Shown: piece after piece, positions 18,030 through 30,211 of the stretch
Layout of the letters: every line of letters starts with the position of its first letter
Position numbering within the stretch: the stretch's first letter is position 1
Assembly: GCA_963764725.1 (NCBI GenBank)
Contig: CAVXTM010000018.1
Span: 256,001 to 320,000, forward strand
Direction: 5' to 3'
Length of the DNA stretch: 64,000 nt
DNA from: an uncultured Gammaproteobacteria bacterium
GTDB lineage: Bacteria > Pseudomonadota > Gammaproteobacteria > JACCXJ01
Made by a program: the position numbers and the translations under genes
The notes under the pieces: generated by a model
The model's database searches: none
Told to the model about the DNA's origin: nothing
Seen by the model: the letters and a program-made list of their open reading frames with translations, nothing else

Positions 18030-18950
18030 GTGAATATACCAGTGAATGCCAGGAAAACCGCCGAAACGGCACGCATTCAACGCATCACCCTCTACCCGAT
18101 CAAGTCACTCGACGGCGTCTCCGTGGCGGAGACGCGCATCGCCCCGGGTGGGAGCCTTGAACATGATCGTGCCTTTGCCGTCGTGGATGCCCAAGACAAG
18201 TTTGTAAACGGCAAGCGCTTCGCCGAGGTGCATCGGCTGCGCGCGCACTTCGATCTGGACACACACATGGTCACGCTTGCGGATTCAGGGACGAGCGCGC
18301 CGCAGCGCTTCCGGCTAGACCGAGACCTGGAACGGATGGAAGCGTGGCTGAGCACGTTTTTCGGCTTCTCGGTAACGATCCGGCAGGACCCGCGGACCGG
18401 CTTCCCCGACGACACGGACGCCTCGGGACCGACCGTGATCAGCGCGGCGACGCTGGCGGCGGTCAGCGCCTGGTTCCCCGGCGCCACACCGCAAGATATG
18501 CAGCTTCGTTTCCGGACCAATCTTGAGATTAGCGGTGTTTCCGCATTCTGGGAAGACCGTCTGTTCGGGAAGCCCGGCACGCTGGTGGATTTTAACGTCG
18601 GGGGGGTCGCTTTCGAGGGCGTCAATCCCTGCCAGCGCTGTGTCGTACCGGCGCGCGACCCGCGGAGCGGGATCGAGGAGTCGGGCTTCCAGAAAACCCT
18701 GGCCATGAGACGCGAACAGACGTTACCCGACTGGGCGGCCCGCTCGCGGTTTAATCACTACTACCGCCTCGCCGTCAATACCCGGATCCCGCCCTCTGAA
18801 GCCGGCAAGACCCTTCGGGTCGGGGATGAAGTCACGATCCTTGGAGTACGCCCGCGAATGATGAATAGGAATCCCCAGGCGGCGATCTATCGGCCTATAG
18901 GTTCGATCTGCACGGCACCGAGGGACAGGAGTGTGGGCTTTCATGGGTGA
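18030..18950 (+). CDS. MOSC domain protein
   Basis: LYPIKSLDG, HDRAFA, RFRTNLEI, PCQRCVVP; start uncertain (GTG 18030 or 18042). Confidence 0.85.
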   Translation: MNIPVNARKTAETARIQRITLYPIKSLDGVSVAETRIAPGGSLEHDRAFAVVDAQDKFVNGKRFAEVHRLRAHFDLDTHMVTLADSGTSAPQRFRLDRDLERMEAWLSTFFGFSVTIRQDPRTGFPDDTDASGPTVISAATLAAVSAWFPGATPQDMQLRFRTNLEISGVSAFWEDRLFGKPGTLVDFNVGGVAFEGVNPCQRCVVPARDPRSGIEESGFQKTLAMRREQTLPDWAARSRFNHYYRLAVNTRIPPSEAGKTLRVGDEVTILGVRPRMMNRNPQAAIYRPIGSICTAPRDRSVGFHG

Positions 18951-18998
18951 CCCCGAACTACGATAACTTTCGCAATGCTGCGGGTGCCTTTTCGACCG

Positions 18999-21900
18999 TT
19001 ACGCGATCCCCACAGCCGACTCGGCCCGCGCGGGCGTTCGTGCCTCGTGTTCGGTCCGCTCGTTCGGCCGATGCTCGGCTGCGAGCAACGAATAGAACAC
19101 CGGCACTACGAACAGGGTAAACAGCGTGCCGACAATCATGCCCGCGACCAGCACGATCCCGATGCTGTTGCGAGCCGCGGCTCCCGGCCCGGATACCAGC
19201 ACCAGCGGGAGGTGCCCAAAGACGGTGGCAGCGGAGGTCATGAGCACCGGGCGCAACCGGGTCAATGACGCCTCGCGCAGCGCGGCCGCCTTCGAGAAAC
19301 CACGGGACTGCAGTGTGTTCGCGAACTCCACGATGAGGATGCCGTTCTTCGCGATCAGTCCCACCAGCGTGATCAGCCCAACCTGCGAGTAGATGTTGAT
19401 CGTGGTCAGGTCCAGGAAGCTGAACACCAGCGCGCCGCAGATCGCTAGCGGCACCGAGCCCAGCAGCACGATCAGCGGATCGCGAAAGCTTCGGAACTGC
19501 GCCGCGAGCACCAGATAGATGAGGACGACCGAGAATCCGAGCGTGACGGTAAGCGCCGACCCCTCGCGGCGGATCTGACGCGACTCCCCGGCGTGATCGA
19601 GGACGACGCTCGGACCACCAGCGGCCGCAGCCGCGACCTCGAGGACGCGCAGTCCCTCTTCTTTGGTCACGCCGGGATTGACGCCGCCGAAAATGCGCAC
19701 GGCGTTGCGCTGCTGGAAGCGGTTCAGCGTGCGCGGCGCGGTGCTCGTCTCGATGTGCGCGAACGTCGACACGGGCACGAGCTGGCCATCCGGCGTCTTG
19801 ATCTTGAGGTCGAGCAGTGGGCCGAGCGTCGCCCGGTCTGCTTCGCCGATCTGCGGGATGACCTTGTAACTGCGATCGAAGAAGTTGAACCGGTTCACGT
19901 AATCGCCGCCGAGCAGCGTGCCGAGCTCCTGACCGACGCCAGCGAGGTCGAGTCCGAGATCGGCGAGGCGCTCGCGATCGAGCACGACTCTAGCCTCGGG
20001 CAGGTCGATCTTGAGGTCCGTATCGACGTATAGGAATTTGCCGCTCTGCCAACCGGCGTCGAGCACTGCCGCGGCTGTCTCTAGCATCTGCTCGGGCGGC
20101 GCGTCGCTCTGCAGGACGAGTTCGACGTCGTACTGGCCAGGGGTCGGCAACGGCGGGTCCAAGCGCGGGAATACGCGCAGGCCGGGGATCTGCGAAACGG
20201 CGCCGTACACTTCGCCGAACATCTCCTCGGTCGAGCGCTCGCGCTGCGTCCAGTCCTTGGCGACCAGACCTCCGAAACCGCCCCACGCCGCGGTCAACGA
20301 CCACATGAAGTCGGTTTCGGGAAACGAGGCTATGGCGCGCTCGACCTGCAGGGAATCGCGGTTAGTTGCGGCCAAGGTCGAGTCAGGCGCGGCCTCGAAG
20401 AACAGACTGATGTGGCTTTGATCCTCGACCGGCGCGAGCTCCTGGCGCGAGAAGGTGTATAGCGGCCAGGCCGCGGCCGCGACCAGCAGCCAAACCACAA
20501 CGATCGCCCAGCGCATACCGAGCGTCCCTTCGATCATCCATGCGTATCCGCGGCTGACGTACTCGAAGCCGCGGTTGACCCATGCGGTCAGCCGGCCTTC
20601 CTTGCCGTGCGCATGCACGAAGCGCGAGCTCATCACCGGCGAGAGCGTGAGCGCGACGAAGCCCGACACGACGACCGCGGCGGCGAGCGTGATCGCGAAC
20701 TCCAGGAACAGCGAGCCGGTCAGGCCGCCCTGGAATGCAATCGGCGTGTACACCGCCGCGAGTGTGATGGTCATCGCGATGATCGGGCCGCGCAACTCGC
20801 GCGCGCCGATCAATGCAGCCTCGGTCCGCGACTTGCCGAGGCGCACGTGCCGCTCGACGTTCTCGACGACCACGATAGCGTCGTCGACCACCAAGCCCAC
20901 GGACAGCACGATCGCGAGGATCGTGAGCAGGTTCAGGCTGAAGCCGAACGCGATCATGACGATCGCGGCGCCGATGAGGGAGACCGGCATCGCGACGAGC
21001 GGCACGAGGGCGGTGCGCACCGAGCCCATGAACAGGAACACGACGAGCGCGACGATGGCGATCGTCTCGCCAAGCGTTTTCGTGATCTCCTCGAGGGCGT
21101 CTCGCATGAACATCGTGCCGTCCCAGACCAAACGCATATCGATGTCCGCGGGCAGCGTCGGCCGGATGCGTTCCATCTCGTCGCGCAGCCCCCGCGCAAC
21201 TTCGATCTCGTTCGAGCCGGGAAGCGGCCAGACTCCTAGATAGACGCTCTCACGGTCCTTGTACTTGGCGACCATGGCGGCTTCTTCCGCCCCGAGCTCC
21301 ACCCGCGCCACATCCGAGAGCCGCACCGTCGCTCCGTTGCGATCGGCGACGATCAGGTTCTCGAATTCCTCCTGGGCGCGCAGGTCGGTGTTTGCGAGGA
21401 GATTGACCTGGACGAGGTTGCCCTTCGTCCGGCCGACCGCCGCGAGGAAGTTGTTTCGCTGTAGCGCCGCATGCACGTCGCCGGGCGAGAGATTAAGCGC
21501 TGCAAGGCGATCAAGATCGAGCCAGACGCGCATCGCGATCGCCTGGCTGCCCTCGAAGCTGACGCGTTGCACGCCGGACAAGGTCGAGAGCTGCGGCTGC
21601 AAGCTGCGCGAGAGCCAGTCGGTCAGCGCGGGGACCTCTCGCTCGCTCGATGTGAAGCCTATATAGAACGTCGCGTACGGCCGATCGGCGCGCTGCACTT
21701 CCACCACCGGCGGCTCGGCTTCCTCCGGCAACTCGGAGCGAACCTGCTGCAGGCGCGCGGTCACTTCCGCGAGTGCCGCCGTGCTGTCGTGGTTGACCTT
21801 CAGGCGCACGGTGACGGTGCTCACGCCGGCTCGGCTGGTGGACTCGAGGTGGTCAACGCCACTGATAGCCGACACGACCCGCTCGATCGGCGTGGTGAGA

Positions 21901-22088
21901 AAGCCGCGGACGGTTTCGGCACCGGCGCCGGTGTAGACCGTTGTGATCACCACGGAGGAGCTTTCGATGCTCGGAAACTGCTGCACCGGAAGGGTGAACA
22001 ACGCTCGTGCACCCACCAGCACGATGACGAGATTGACGACCACCGCCAGCACGGGGTGTTTGATGAAAACGTCGGTGAAGGAGCGCAT
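18999..22088 (-). CDS. RND efflux permease (AcrB/MexW-like)
   Basis: 1029 aa; GLVVDDAIVVVEN, GLIAKNGILIVEFA, RLRPVLMT. Confidence 0.95.
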   Translation of the reverse strand: MRSFTDVFIKHPVLAVVVNLVIVLVGARALFTLPVQQFPSIESSSVVITTVYTGAGAETVRGFLTTPIERVVSAISGVDHLESTSRAGVSTVTVRLKVNHDSTAALAEVTARLQQVRSELPEEAEPPVVEVQRADRPYATFYIGFTSSEREVPALTDWLSRSLQPQLSTLSGVQRVSFEGSQAIAMRVWLDLDRLAALNLSPGDVHAALQRNNFLAAVGRTKGNLVQVNLLANTDLRAQEEFENLIVADRNGATVRLSDVARVELGAEEAAMVAKYKDRESVYLGVWPLPGSNEIEVARGLRDEMERIRPTLPADIDMRLVWDGTMFMRDALEEITKTLGETIAIVALVVFLFMGSVRTALVPLVAMPVSLIGAAIVMIAFGFSLNLLTILAIVLSVGLVVDDAIVVVENVERHVRLGKSRTEAALIGARELRGPIIAMTITLAAVYTPIAFQGGLTGSLFLEFAITLAAAVVVSGFVALTLSPVMSSRFVHAHGKEGRLTAWVNRGFEYVSRGYAWMIEGTLGMRWAIVVVWLLVAAAAWPLYTFSRQELAPVEDQSHISLFFEAAPDSTLAATNRDSLQVERAIASFPETDFMWSLTAAWGGFGGLVAKDWTQRERSTEEMFGEVYGAVSQIPGLRVFPRLDPPLPTPGQYDVELVLQSDAPPEQMLETAAAVLDAGWQSGKFLYVDTDLKIDLPEARVVLDRERLADLGLDLAGVGQELGTLLGGDYVNRFNFFDRSYKVIPQIGEADRATLGPLLDLKIKTPDGQLVPVSTFAHIETSTAPRTLNRFQQRNAVRIFGGVNPGVTKEEGLRVLEVAAAAAGGPSVVLDHAGESRQIRREGSALTVTLGFSVVLIYLVLAAQFRSFRDPLIVLLGSVPLAICGALVFSFLDLTTINIYSQVGLITLVGLIAKNGILIVEFANTLQSRGFSKAAALREASLTRLRPVLMTSAATVFGHLPLVLVSGPGAAARNSIGIVLVAGMIVGTLFTLFVVPVFYSLLAAEHRPNERTEHEARTPARAESAVGIA

Positions 22089-22129
22089 GCCGATGCCCTT
22101 ATAGCCGTGCCTCTTTCTGCGTCAGCCGA

Positions 22130-23242
22130 TCATCTGACCCTGCTCGCGAGCGCTGCGGGGTCGCTCACAATCGCGACGAGCGTCCCATCGATCAACTTGA
22201 AAGATCCCGAAGCGGCCACCTGCTCACCGGCGGAGAGTCCCGCCAGGATCACGATCTCGTCGCCGAGCATCGCCCCGCTCTGCACAGCCCGCAGACGCAC
22301 TCGGAGTTTGCCCTCGTTGTCCGGCGCGAGCACGAATACATGGTCGCCGCCCGGTCCCTTGCGCAGCGCGCTCGCCGGGACCGCGATGCCCATGCGCGGC
22401 GGGCCCACGGGAACTCGGACGCGCACCGAGGCGCCCGGTGCCGGCACGTTAGCGGCGCCCTCGATCCGCGCGCGCACCAAAGCGTTGCGGGTCGAGGGGT
22501 CGATGCGCGCGTCGACTGCGACGGTTTTCGCCGCGATGGGGTCCCCGTCGCGGGTCGCGAAAACGTCAACGCTGTCGCCCTCGCGCAGTCCCGCGGCGAC
22601 GAGCTGCGGGACCGAGAAGTCCACATGCACCGCGTCGTCGACGCCTTGCAAGGTCGTGAGGCGCGTGCCCTCTTCCAGGTATTGGCCGGGGTGCAGGTCG
22701 GCCATTCCGACGCGCGCGCGGAACGGTGCGCGGATCGTCTTGCGGGCCATGATCGCCCTGGTGCGCGCGATCTGCGCCAGCGCGACGTCGCGCTCCGCGC
22801 GCGCGCGATCCACGTCCGTCGCGGACGCAACACTGTTCTGGCCCAGACGGTGCATGCGGCGGAGCATCGTCTCGGCCAGGGTGGCTTGCGCCTGCTGCGC
22901 CTTCAACTCGGCCTCCTCGACAGAGACGTCGAGGGCGACAAGCACGGCGCCCGCATCGACGACTTGCCCAGGCGTGAGCATGACTTGACGGACGGTGCCG
23001 GGGAGCTCGTTGCGCAGGGTGATCGAGCGCAGCGCCAAGACCGTCCCGATCGAGGTCGTCGTCCGGCGGTGTTCACGTTCCTTCGCGACGGCGACCGTCA
23101 CCGACTCCATCGGTTCGGGCTGGTTCGCGGAGATCGCGTCTGATTCCTGAATAGACGCGTACTTCCACGCGGCGAGGCTGCCGCCGGTCCCAACGACAGT
23201 CACGAGGAGCAGAAAGGATCCGATTCGACCACGGCGAACCAT
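22130..23242 (-). CDS. RND efflux periplasmic adaptor (MFP)
   Basis: Start MVRRGRIG overlaps the TetR stop; TM anchor, lipoyl-like IRAPF motif and coiled hairpin. Confidence 0.9.
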   Translation of the reverse strand: MVRRGRIGSFLLLVTVVGTGGSLAAWKYASIQESDAISANQPEPMESVTVAVAKEREHRRTTTSIGTVLALRSITLRNELPGTVRQVMLTPGQVVDAGAVLVALDVSVEEAELKAQQAQATLAETMLRRMHRLGQNSVASATDVDRARAERDVALAQIARTRAIMARKTIRAPFRARVGMADLHPGQYLEEGTRLTTLQGVDDAVHVDFSVPQLVAAGLREGDSVDVFATRDGDPIAAKTVAVDARIDPSTRNALVRARIEGAANVPAPGASVRVRVPVGPPRMGIAVPASALRKGPGGDHVFVLAPDNEGKLRVRLRAVQSGAMLGDEIVILAGLSAGEQVAASGSFKLIDGTLVAIVSDPAALASRVR

Positions 23243-23862
23243 CAGCGGTGTCCTCCTACGCCTTTTGCGGCGTGGACCTTGGCCTCGGGCGAGCACACCG
23301 GCAGCGAGCGCGCGAGCATGTCCTCCAGCGCGATCCGAACTCGAACGACCAGGTCTTGATTCACTGCGGCCAGCCCCAGCACCCAGTAGAGCCATAAACC
23401 GTCGATCGCCGCGGCGACGGCCTCGCCGACGCCCGGAGGCAGGCCGTCTTCCGCGACGCGCCGATGGAGCTCGCTGTAGACTGCGCGCATCGGCTCGATC
23501 AGGGAGGGGTTTTGCGCCAAGGCCGCGAAACACGCTGACGAGCTACGCTGGAGCTCCCCCGTCCAGCATTGGGCATCCGAGAGGCAGTGGTCCAGCAGAG
23601 CCCGCGCCATGCGCCCGGGTCCTTCCGAAGTGCGTTCATAGGCTTCCATGTAACACGCTCGCCAATTGTCCGCGGAGCGTGTGACCAGCGCTTCGACGAG
23701 GCGGTCCTTGGTCGGGAAGTGATGCAGCAAACCGCCCTTGCTCATGCCCGCTTCGGCAGCGACGGCATCGAGCGTCAGGTTGGCGATGCCCTGGCGCACG
23801 ACCACTGCTTCCGCGGCGTCCAGTAGTGTGTCCCGTAACTTATTCGTGTCCGCTCGTTCCAT
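23242..23862 (-). CDS. TetR/AcrR-family regulator
   Basis: LTLDAVAAEAGMSKGGLLHHFPTKDRL HTH. Confidence 0.93.
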   Translation of the reverse strand: MERADTNKLRDTLLDAAEAVVVRQGIANLTLDAVAAEAGMSKGGLLHHFPTKDRLVEALVTRSADNWRACYMEAYERTSEGPGRMARALLDHCLSDAQCWTGELQRSSSACFAALAQNPSLIEPMRAVYSELHRRVAEDGLPPGVGEAVAAAIDGLWLYWVLGLAAVNQDLVVRVRIALEDMLARSLPVCSPEAKVHAAKGVGGHR

Positions 23863-23869
23863 AAGGCTC

Positions 23870-23911
23870 ACAATACCGTCCGGACGGTCTGGTGTCAACC
23901 GTCCGGACGGT
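23870..23911 (-). promoter_or_regulatory. Sigma70 promoter with two identical palindromic TetR operators
   Basis: TTGACA (23898-23893), 17 bp, TATTGT (23875-23870). Perfect palindrome ACCGTCCGGACGGT at 23875-23888 and 23898-23911. Confidence 0.85.
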
Positions 23912-24175
23912 CTTTCTTCCGTGCCTGTGACACAGAGGTGCGGCTGGGAATAATGGACACTTTCGATCTGTTAGATTGAGGATCAACAGGTGTGAATTGG
24001 AACGAAACAGGTTTATACGGCGGAATTTCAAGCTGAGGCGGTGCGTCTGGTGGTAGAGTAAGGGCTGTCTCTGGCAGGTACAGCACGGCGCATGCCAATC
24101 CTAGTTCCCGTGGCGCTGCTGTCTAACGCACGCTACGCCACGTGCAAATTGCAGCTGTCGCGTCGTTCACCCAAA

Positions 24176-24523
24176 TCAATACTGACCAGGCTTTGAAAAC
24201 GATATGAATGATCGATGCCGGATTCGAGATCCAGAAGCCATCAACAAACCCTCCGGTTGGGGTTCTATTTCATCGCAGCGCACGACACCACCCGCGGCCT
24301 TGAAATGAGCTGAAGCGACCGCGACATCGTCGGTAACAATCTCCAGCCAGAGTTCCGCCTGGCTGAGTCCCGTCACTCGATCGATCCAGAGCTAGTTCGA
24401 TCCAAACTCGAAGCCCACCGCGGAAAGATACGAGCACGTCCCGATTGAACTGCACTGTTGCGCATATTGATGAGAGGGAACTTTCAGGGCGATATTGCGA
24501 GTTCGGATGTCATTCGTCTGCAT
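24176..24523 (-). pseudogene. VOC/glyoxalase-like protein, frameshifted
   Basis: Pieces NIALKVPSHQY, FEFGSN, LWIDRVTGLSQAELWLEIVTDD...VVRCDEIEP, GFWISNPASIIH lie in different frames. Confidence 0.55.
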
Positions 24524-24572
24524 ACCAAACCGCGCCTTCTCGAACAAGGTCGAGCGAATTTTGTTGGACGCA

Positions 24573-25349
24573 TTATAGCAGCCCCCTTCTCTGCCGCATG
24601 GCTTCGTAGAGGCAGATCCCGGCGGCGACGGAGACGTTCAGGCTCTCGATCGCGCCGGCCATGGGAATGTGGACGAGGCGGTCGCTGCGCTCGCGGGTTA
24701 GGCGCCGGAGGCCTTTTTCTTCCCCCCCCATCACCAAGGCCGTCGGTCCGCGCAAATCCAAACCGAATAAGCTGTCACTAGCGTCCCCGGCCGTCCCGAT
24801 GACTTGCAGGCCATACTCTTTCATCTCGTCGAGCGCCGCCGCGAGGTTTCCGACCTGAATTAAGGGCACCGTTGCCGCCGCTCCGCTGGCGACCTTTTGC
24901 ACCGCCGCGGTCAGTCCCACCGCCCGGTGGAGCGGCACGATCACGGCATGGGCGCCAGCGCCATCGGCAACGCGAAGGCACGCGCCCAGGTTGTGCGGAT
25001 CCTGGACCCCATCGAGCACCAGGAGTAGCAGCGGCGCCGCGCCTTCGGTCAGCAGCGTTTTTAGGTCACGCGCGCGCGGCACCCGCGGATGACGGCAGCG
25101 TAACACCGCCCCCTGATGGCGAACGCCGGCCGCTAGCCGATCGAGCGTTCGGGAGGCCGCCCCCTGCACGGCAAGCCCATGTCGGGCCGCGAGTTTCAGG
25201 AGATCGCGCAGGCGTGGATTCGGCGGCCCGGTCTCGATCCATAGCTCGAGTGCGTGCTCCGGCGCGGCCGTCAAGACCTGGCGCACCGCGTGGATCCCGC
25301 AGACGATGAGGTCCCGCTCGGCCACATCCCGCGCCCCCCGTTTGGACAT
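24573..25349 (-). CDS. rlmB: 23S rRNA (Gm2251) methyltransferase
   Basis: LDGVQDPHNLGACLR, GGEEKGLRRL, SLNVSVA; follows rnr. Confidence 0.95.
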   Translation of the reverse strand: MSKRGARDVAERDLIVCGIHAVRQVLTAAPEHALELWIETGPPNPRLRDLLKLAARHGLAVQGAASRTLDRLAAGVRHQGAVLRCRHPRVPRARDLKTLLTEGAAPLLLLVLDGVQDPHNLGACLRVADGAGAHAVIVPLHRAVGLTAAVQKVASGAAATVPLIQVGNLAAALDEMKEYGLQVIGTAGDASDSLFGLDLRGPTALVMGGEEKGLRRLTRERSDRLVHIPMAGAIESLNVSVAAGICLYEAMRQRRGLL

Positions 25350-25384
25350 GATTGCCGCGCCCGGCTTGCGTTATACCCGTTTCA

Positions 25385-27550
25385 TCACACGAGATCGAAG
25401 TCGATGCGCCGGCCATCGAGGTCCACGCGTACGACGCGCACCGATACCTCCGTCGCGATCCGGTAACTGCGTTTACTGTGCTCGCCCCGAAGCTCATGAC
25501 GAAGCGGATCATGATGGTAGTAATCGTTCTTTAAGGAGGTGACGTGCACCAGGCCTTCCACGTAGATGTCCTTGAGCTCGACGAAGAAGCCGAAACCGGT
25601 CACCGCCGTGATGATGCCCGCGTATACTTCGCCGATCTTATCTTGCATGAACTCGCACTTGAGCCACGCCACCGCATCGCGCGTCGCCTCATCGGCGCGC
25701 CGTTCGGTCAGGGTGCAATGGTCTCCGAGGCTTCCCAACTGCTCCGCCCCATAACGGAACTCCTGGGATGGTTTTTTCGCCAGCAGGTGGTGAATCGCGC
25801 GGTGGACCAAGAGGTCCGGATAGCGCCGGATGGGGGAGGTAAAATGGGTGTAGGCGTCATGGGCGAGGCCGAAATGACCGGCGTTCACCGGGCTATAAAC
25901 CGCCAGCCGCAAGCTCCTCAGCATTAGCGTTTGAATCAAATGCGCGTCGGGCCGTCCCGCGGTTTCCGCGAGCAGAGCCGCGTAATCGCGCGGTTCGGGT
26001 TGCGCCCCGCCACCAAGGCTAAGCCCAAGCTCACCGAGAAAGGTGCGCAGATCATCGAGCTTTTCCCGCGCGGGCGGTTCGTGGATGCGGTACAGGCACG
26101 GCAGCCCGCGCTCTTCGAGGAACTCCGCCGCAGCGACATTGGCGGCGATCATGCCTTCTTCGATGAGGCGGTGGGCATCGTTGCGAACCGTGGGGACAAT
26201 ACGCTCGATTTTTCGCGCCGTGTCGAAAATGATCTTGGTTTCCGTGGACTCGAAATCGATGGCCCCACGCTCGTCGCGCCGCCGGCGGAGCTGACGGTAG
26301 AGTGAGTAAAGCTCATCGAGATGCGGTGTCAACGCTCGAAAGCGATTTCGCAACGCGCGTTGACGCTCGGCCACAATGGCATTGACCTCGTGATAGGTCA
26401 AACGCGCGGCCGAGCGCATGACCGCCTTGCGAAATTGATAGGAATGAACACTCCCGCGCGCCCCGACGTCCATTTCGCATACCAGGCACAAGCGATCAAC
26501 CTCCGGATTAAGGGAACAGAGACCGTTCGACAGCGCCTCGGGCAACATCGGGATCACTCGGTCCGGGAAATAAACCGACGTGCCCCGAAGATGAGCCTCG
26601 ACATCGAGCGCCGAGCCTGGTGCGACGTAGTGCGCCACATCTGCGATCGCGACCAGCAGGCGCCAGCCGTGCGCGGTACGCTCGCAATAGACGGCATCAT
26701 CGAAATCGCGCGCGTCCTCCCCATCGATCGTGACCAGAGGCAGCGATCGCAAGTCGAGCCGGCCGGCCCGGTCCCGCGCGCGCACCGTCTTGCCGAGACC
26801 GGCGGTCTCGGCAAGCACTGTCTCGGGCCAGGTATGCGGCAGATCGTAGGCGCGGATGGCGATGTCGATCTCCATGCCGGGCGCCATGTGATTGCCCAGG
26901 ATTTCGCTCACCCGGCCGATCGGCTGACGCCGCCAATCAGGTTGCCGCACGATATCGACCATGACGATCTGACCGTGCTGGGCGCCCGCCGCGGCATCGC
27001 CGGGGATCAAGATATCTTGATGGAAGCGTTTATTGTCGGGGGCGACGAAAGCCACGCCTCCCTCGCTGAAGAAGCGGCCGACCAAACGCTGGTTGGCCCG
27101 TTCCAAAACCTCGACGAGCGCGCCCTCGGTGCGGCCGCGGCGATCCTTGGCGACCACGCGTACCACGGCGCGATCGCCATGGAGCAAGCTGCGCATTTGC
27201 CGGCCGGAGAGGAACACGTCTTCGCCGCCATCTTCGCGCACCAGAAAGCCGTAGCCATCCGGATGAGCCGTCACCCGCCCCGCCAGCAGGTCCATCTTGG
27301 CCACTGGACCGTAGGCTTCCCGGCGATTGAGAATCACTTGCCCTTCGCGTTCCATGGCCTTGAGCCGCCGCGACAGGGCCTGCAATCCCTCCGGCGTGAC
27401 GACCTCGAGATCGCGCGCGATTCGCTTATGCGTCCTCGGCCCGCTGCAATCGCCGAGGTAATGCAAAATTAACTCACGGCTCGGGATCGGCTTTTCATAG
27501 CGCTCGGCCTCCCGTTCCGCGTGGGGATCTTCGATGCGCCGCTTTCTCAT
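25385..27550 (-). CDS. rnr: Ribonuclease R
   Basis: TIDGEDARDFDDA, HFTSPIRRYPDL, C-terminal S1 domain. Confidence 0.97.
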   Translation of the reverse strand: MRKRRIEDPHAEREAERYEKPIPSRELILHYLGDCSGPRTHKRIARDLEVVTPEGLQALSRRLKAMEREGQVILNRREAYGPVAKMDLLAGRVTAHPDGYGFLVREDGGEDVFLSGRQMRSLLHGDRAVVRVVAKDRRGRTEGALVEVLERANQRLVGRFFSEGGVAFVAPDNKRFHQDILIPGDAAAGAQHGQIVMVDIVRQPDWRRQPIGRVSEILGNHMAPGMEIDIAIRAYDLPHTWPETVLAETAGLGKTVRARDRAGRLDLRSLPLVTIDGEDARDFDDAVYCERTAHGWRLLVAIADVAHYVAPGSALDVEAHLRGTSVYFPDRVIPMLPEALSNGLCSLNPEVDRLCLVCEMDVGARGSVHSYQFRKAVMRSAARLTYHEVNAIVAERQRALRNRFRALTPHLDELYSLYRQLRRRRDERGAIDFESTETKIIFDTARKIERIVPTVRNDAHRLIEEGMIAANVAAAEFLEERGLPCLYRIHEPPAREKLDDLRTFLGELGLSLGGGAQPEPRDYAALLAETAGRPDAHLIQTLMLRSLRLAVYSPVNAGHFGLAHDAYTHFTSPIRRYPDLLVHRAIHHLLAKKPSQEFRYGAEQLGSLGDHCTLTERRADEATRDAVAWLKCEFMQDKIGEVYAGIITAVTGFGFFVELKDIYVEGLVHVTSLKNDYYHHDPLRHELRGEHSKRSYRIATEVSVRVVRVDLDGRRIDFDLV

Positions 27551-27590
27551 TGACTACCCATTGTGGCTTCGGTAGATTGCCGACTCCCTC

Positions 27591-27677
27591 GCCGAGGTGG
27601 CGAAATTGGCAGACGCGCAAGGTTCAGGTCCTTGTGGGGGCAACCCCGTGGAGGTTCAAGTCCTCTCCTCGGCACCA
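27591..27677 (+). tRNA. tRNA-Leu(CAG)
   Basis: GCCGAGG acceptor stem, anticodon arm CAAGG-TTCAGGT-CCTTG, long variable arm, GTTCAAGTC, CCA end. Confidence 0.95.
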
Positions 27678-27696
27678 TTGTTCTTTAAGCAAATCA

Positions 27697-28998
<1,302 letters not shown>

Positions 28999-29015
28999 CT
29001 AAGCTACGTTATTTC

Positions 29016-30207
29016 CTACCCATGTAGAACATCGGTCACCTGCCACTGACCGTCTATGCAGTTCAACATCTTGTTACACCCGAGTTCAGCGAGCGCCCCC
29101 GGCTTGGCCGGGCAAGGCGTAGACCACGCGCCGGCCGCCTCGCCTTAGGTCCGCGACGGCCGCGGCTAAGCGGACATCTTCCGACCAGGGCGCGAAGACC
29201 GCGTCTTGCACCGCCCCGGCAGCGGCGCCCGAGCCAACCAGCAGTTTCAGATCGGTGCTAAAGCCGGTCGCCGGCCGCGCCCTGCCGAAGACGCGGCCGA
29301 TATCGTCGTACCTGCCGCCCTTCGCGAGGGCCTGGCCCTGACCCGGGACATAGGCCGCGAATATCACGCCGGTATGGTAGTGATAACCGCGCAGTTCCGC
29401 GAGGTCAAAATGCAGCTCGACGGCGGGCGCGCGCTCTGCGAGGAGACGCGCGATTTCCCGCAATTCGGCAAGCGCCTCGATGACGCTCTGGCTTGCACCG
29501 GCGAAGACCTCTCGGGCTTGCACCAAGATCGATTCCTCGCCGTTAAGCGCTGGGAGCGCGCGCATCAACCCGGCGGCCCGCGGGGCGATGCTCCAATCGT
29601 TTAAATAACGGTTGATCTCCGGACAAGCCTTGCGCTGTAAAGCATCGAATAAGGTGCTTTCCTGATCGCGATCAAGCGCGGCCTCCCGCGAGAGGCCGCG
29701 AAAAATGGCCATGTGGCCAAGATCCAAGAGCACCGAATCGAAGCCCGCCTCGGCCAGGGTGTCGAGCATAAGGCACATCACCTCGACATCGCTTTCTAAA
29801 CCCCGATGCCCGTAAAGCTCCGCTCCTATTTGAAAGGGATTACGTGATCCCGCGAAGGAATTCGGCAAGGTATGCAGCACGGGTCCGAGATAGCACAAGC
29901 GCGTGGGCGCATCGCGTCGCAAGCGATGGGCGTCGATACGCGCGACCTGCGGGGTCATGTCCGCCCGCACGCCCATCAGCCGGCCGGTCAGTTGATCGGT
30001 AAGCTTGAAGGTCTGGAGATCCAGATCATGCCCCACCCCCGTCAACAGGGATTCCAAATATTCGATGAGCGGGGGAATGACCAAGTCGTAACCCCAGCTA
30101 TGGAAGAGATCAAGGATCCTGCGGCGTAACGCCTCGAGGCGCTCGGCTTGGGGAGGTAATACCTCATCCACGCCCTCGGGCAGGAGCCAGCGGTCCTCTA
30201 GAACCAT
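29016..30207 (-). CDS. hisZ: ATP phosphoribosyltransferase regulatory subunit (apparent frameshift in a G-run near 29098)
   Basis: WLLPEGVDEVLP, RADMTPQVARIDAH, GGRYDDIG. The expected tail AELGCNKMLNCIDGQWQV lies in another frame and ends at 29016. Confidence 0.9.
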
Positions 30208-30211
30208 GGGC

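Noticed and set aside
23243-23533. Extended N-terminus of the RND adaptor ORF
   Set aside because: It overlaps tetR; the real start is the ATG coupled to the tetR stop at 23242.
24121-24171. GTCTAAC...GTTCACC imperfect palindrome after the VOC remnant, resembling attC
   Set aside because: Only 51 bp, weak L-box pairing and ambiguous orientation; not supportable without a covariance-model scan.
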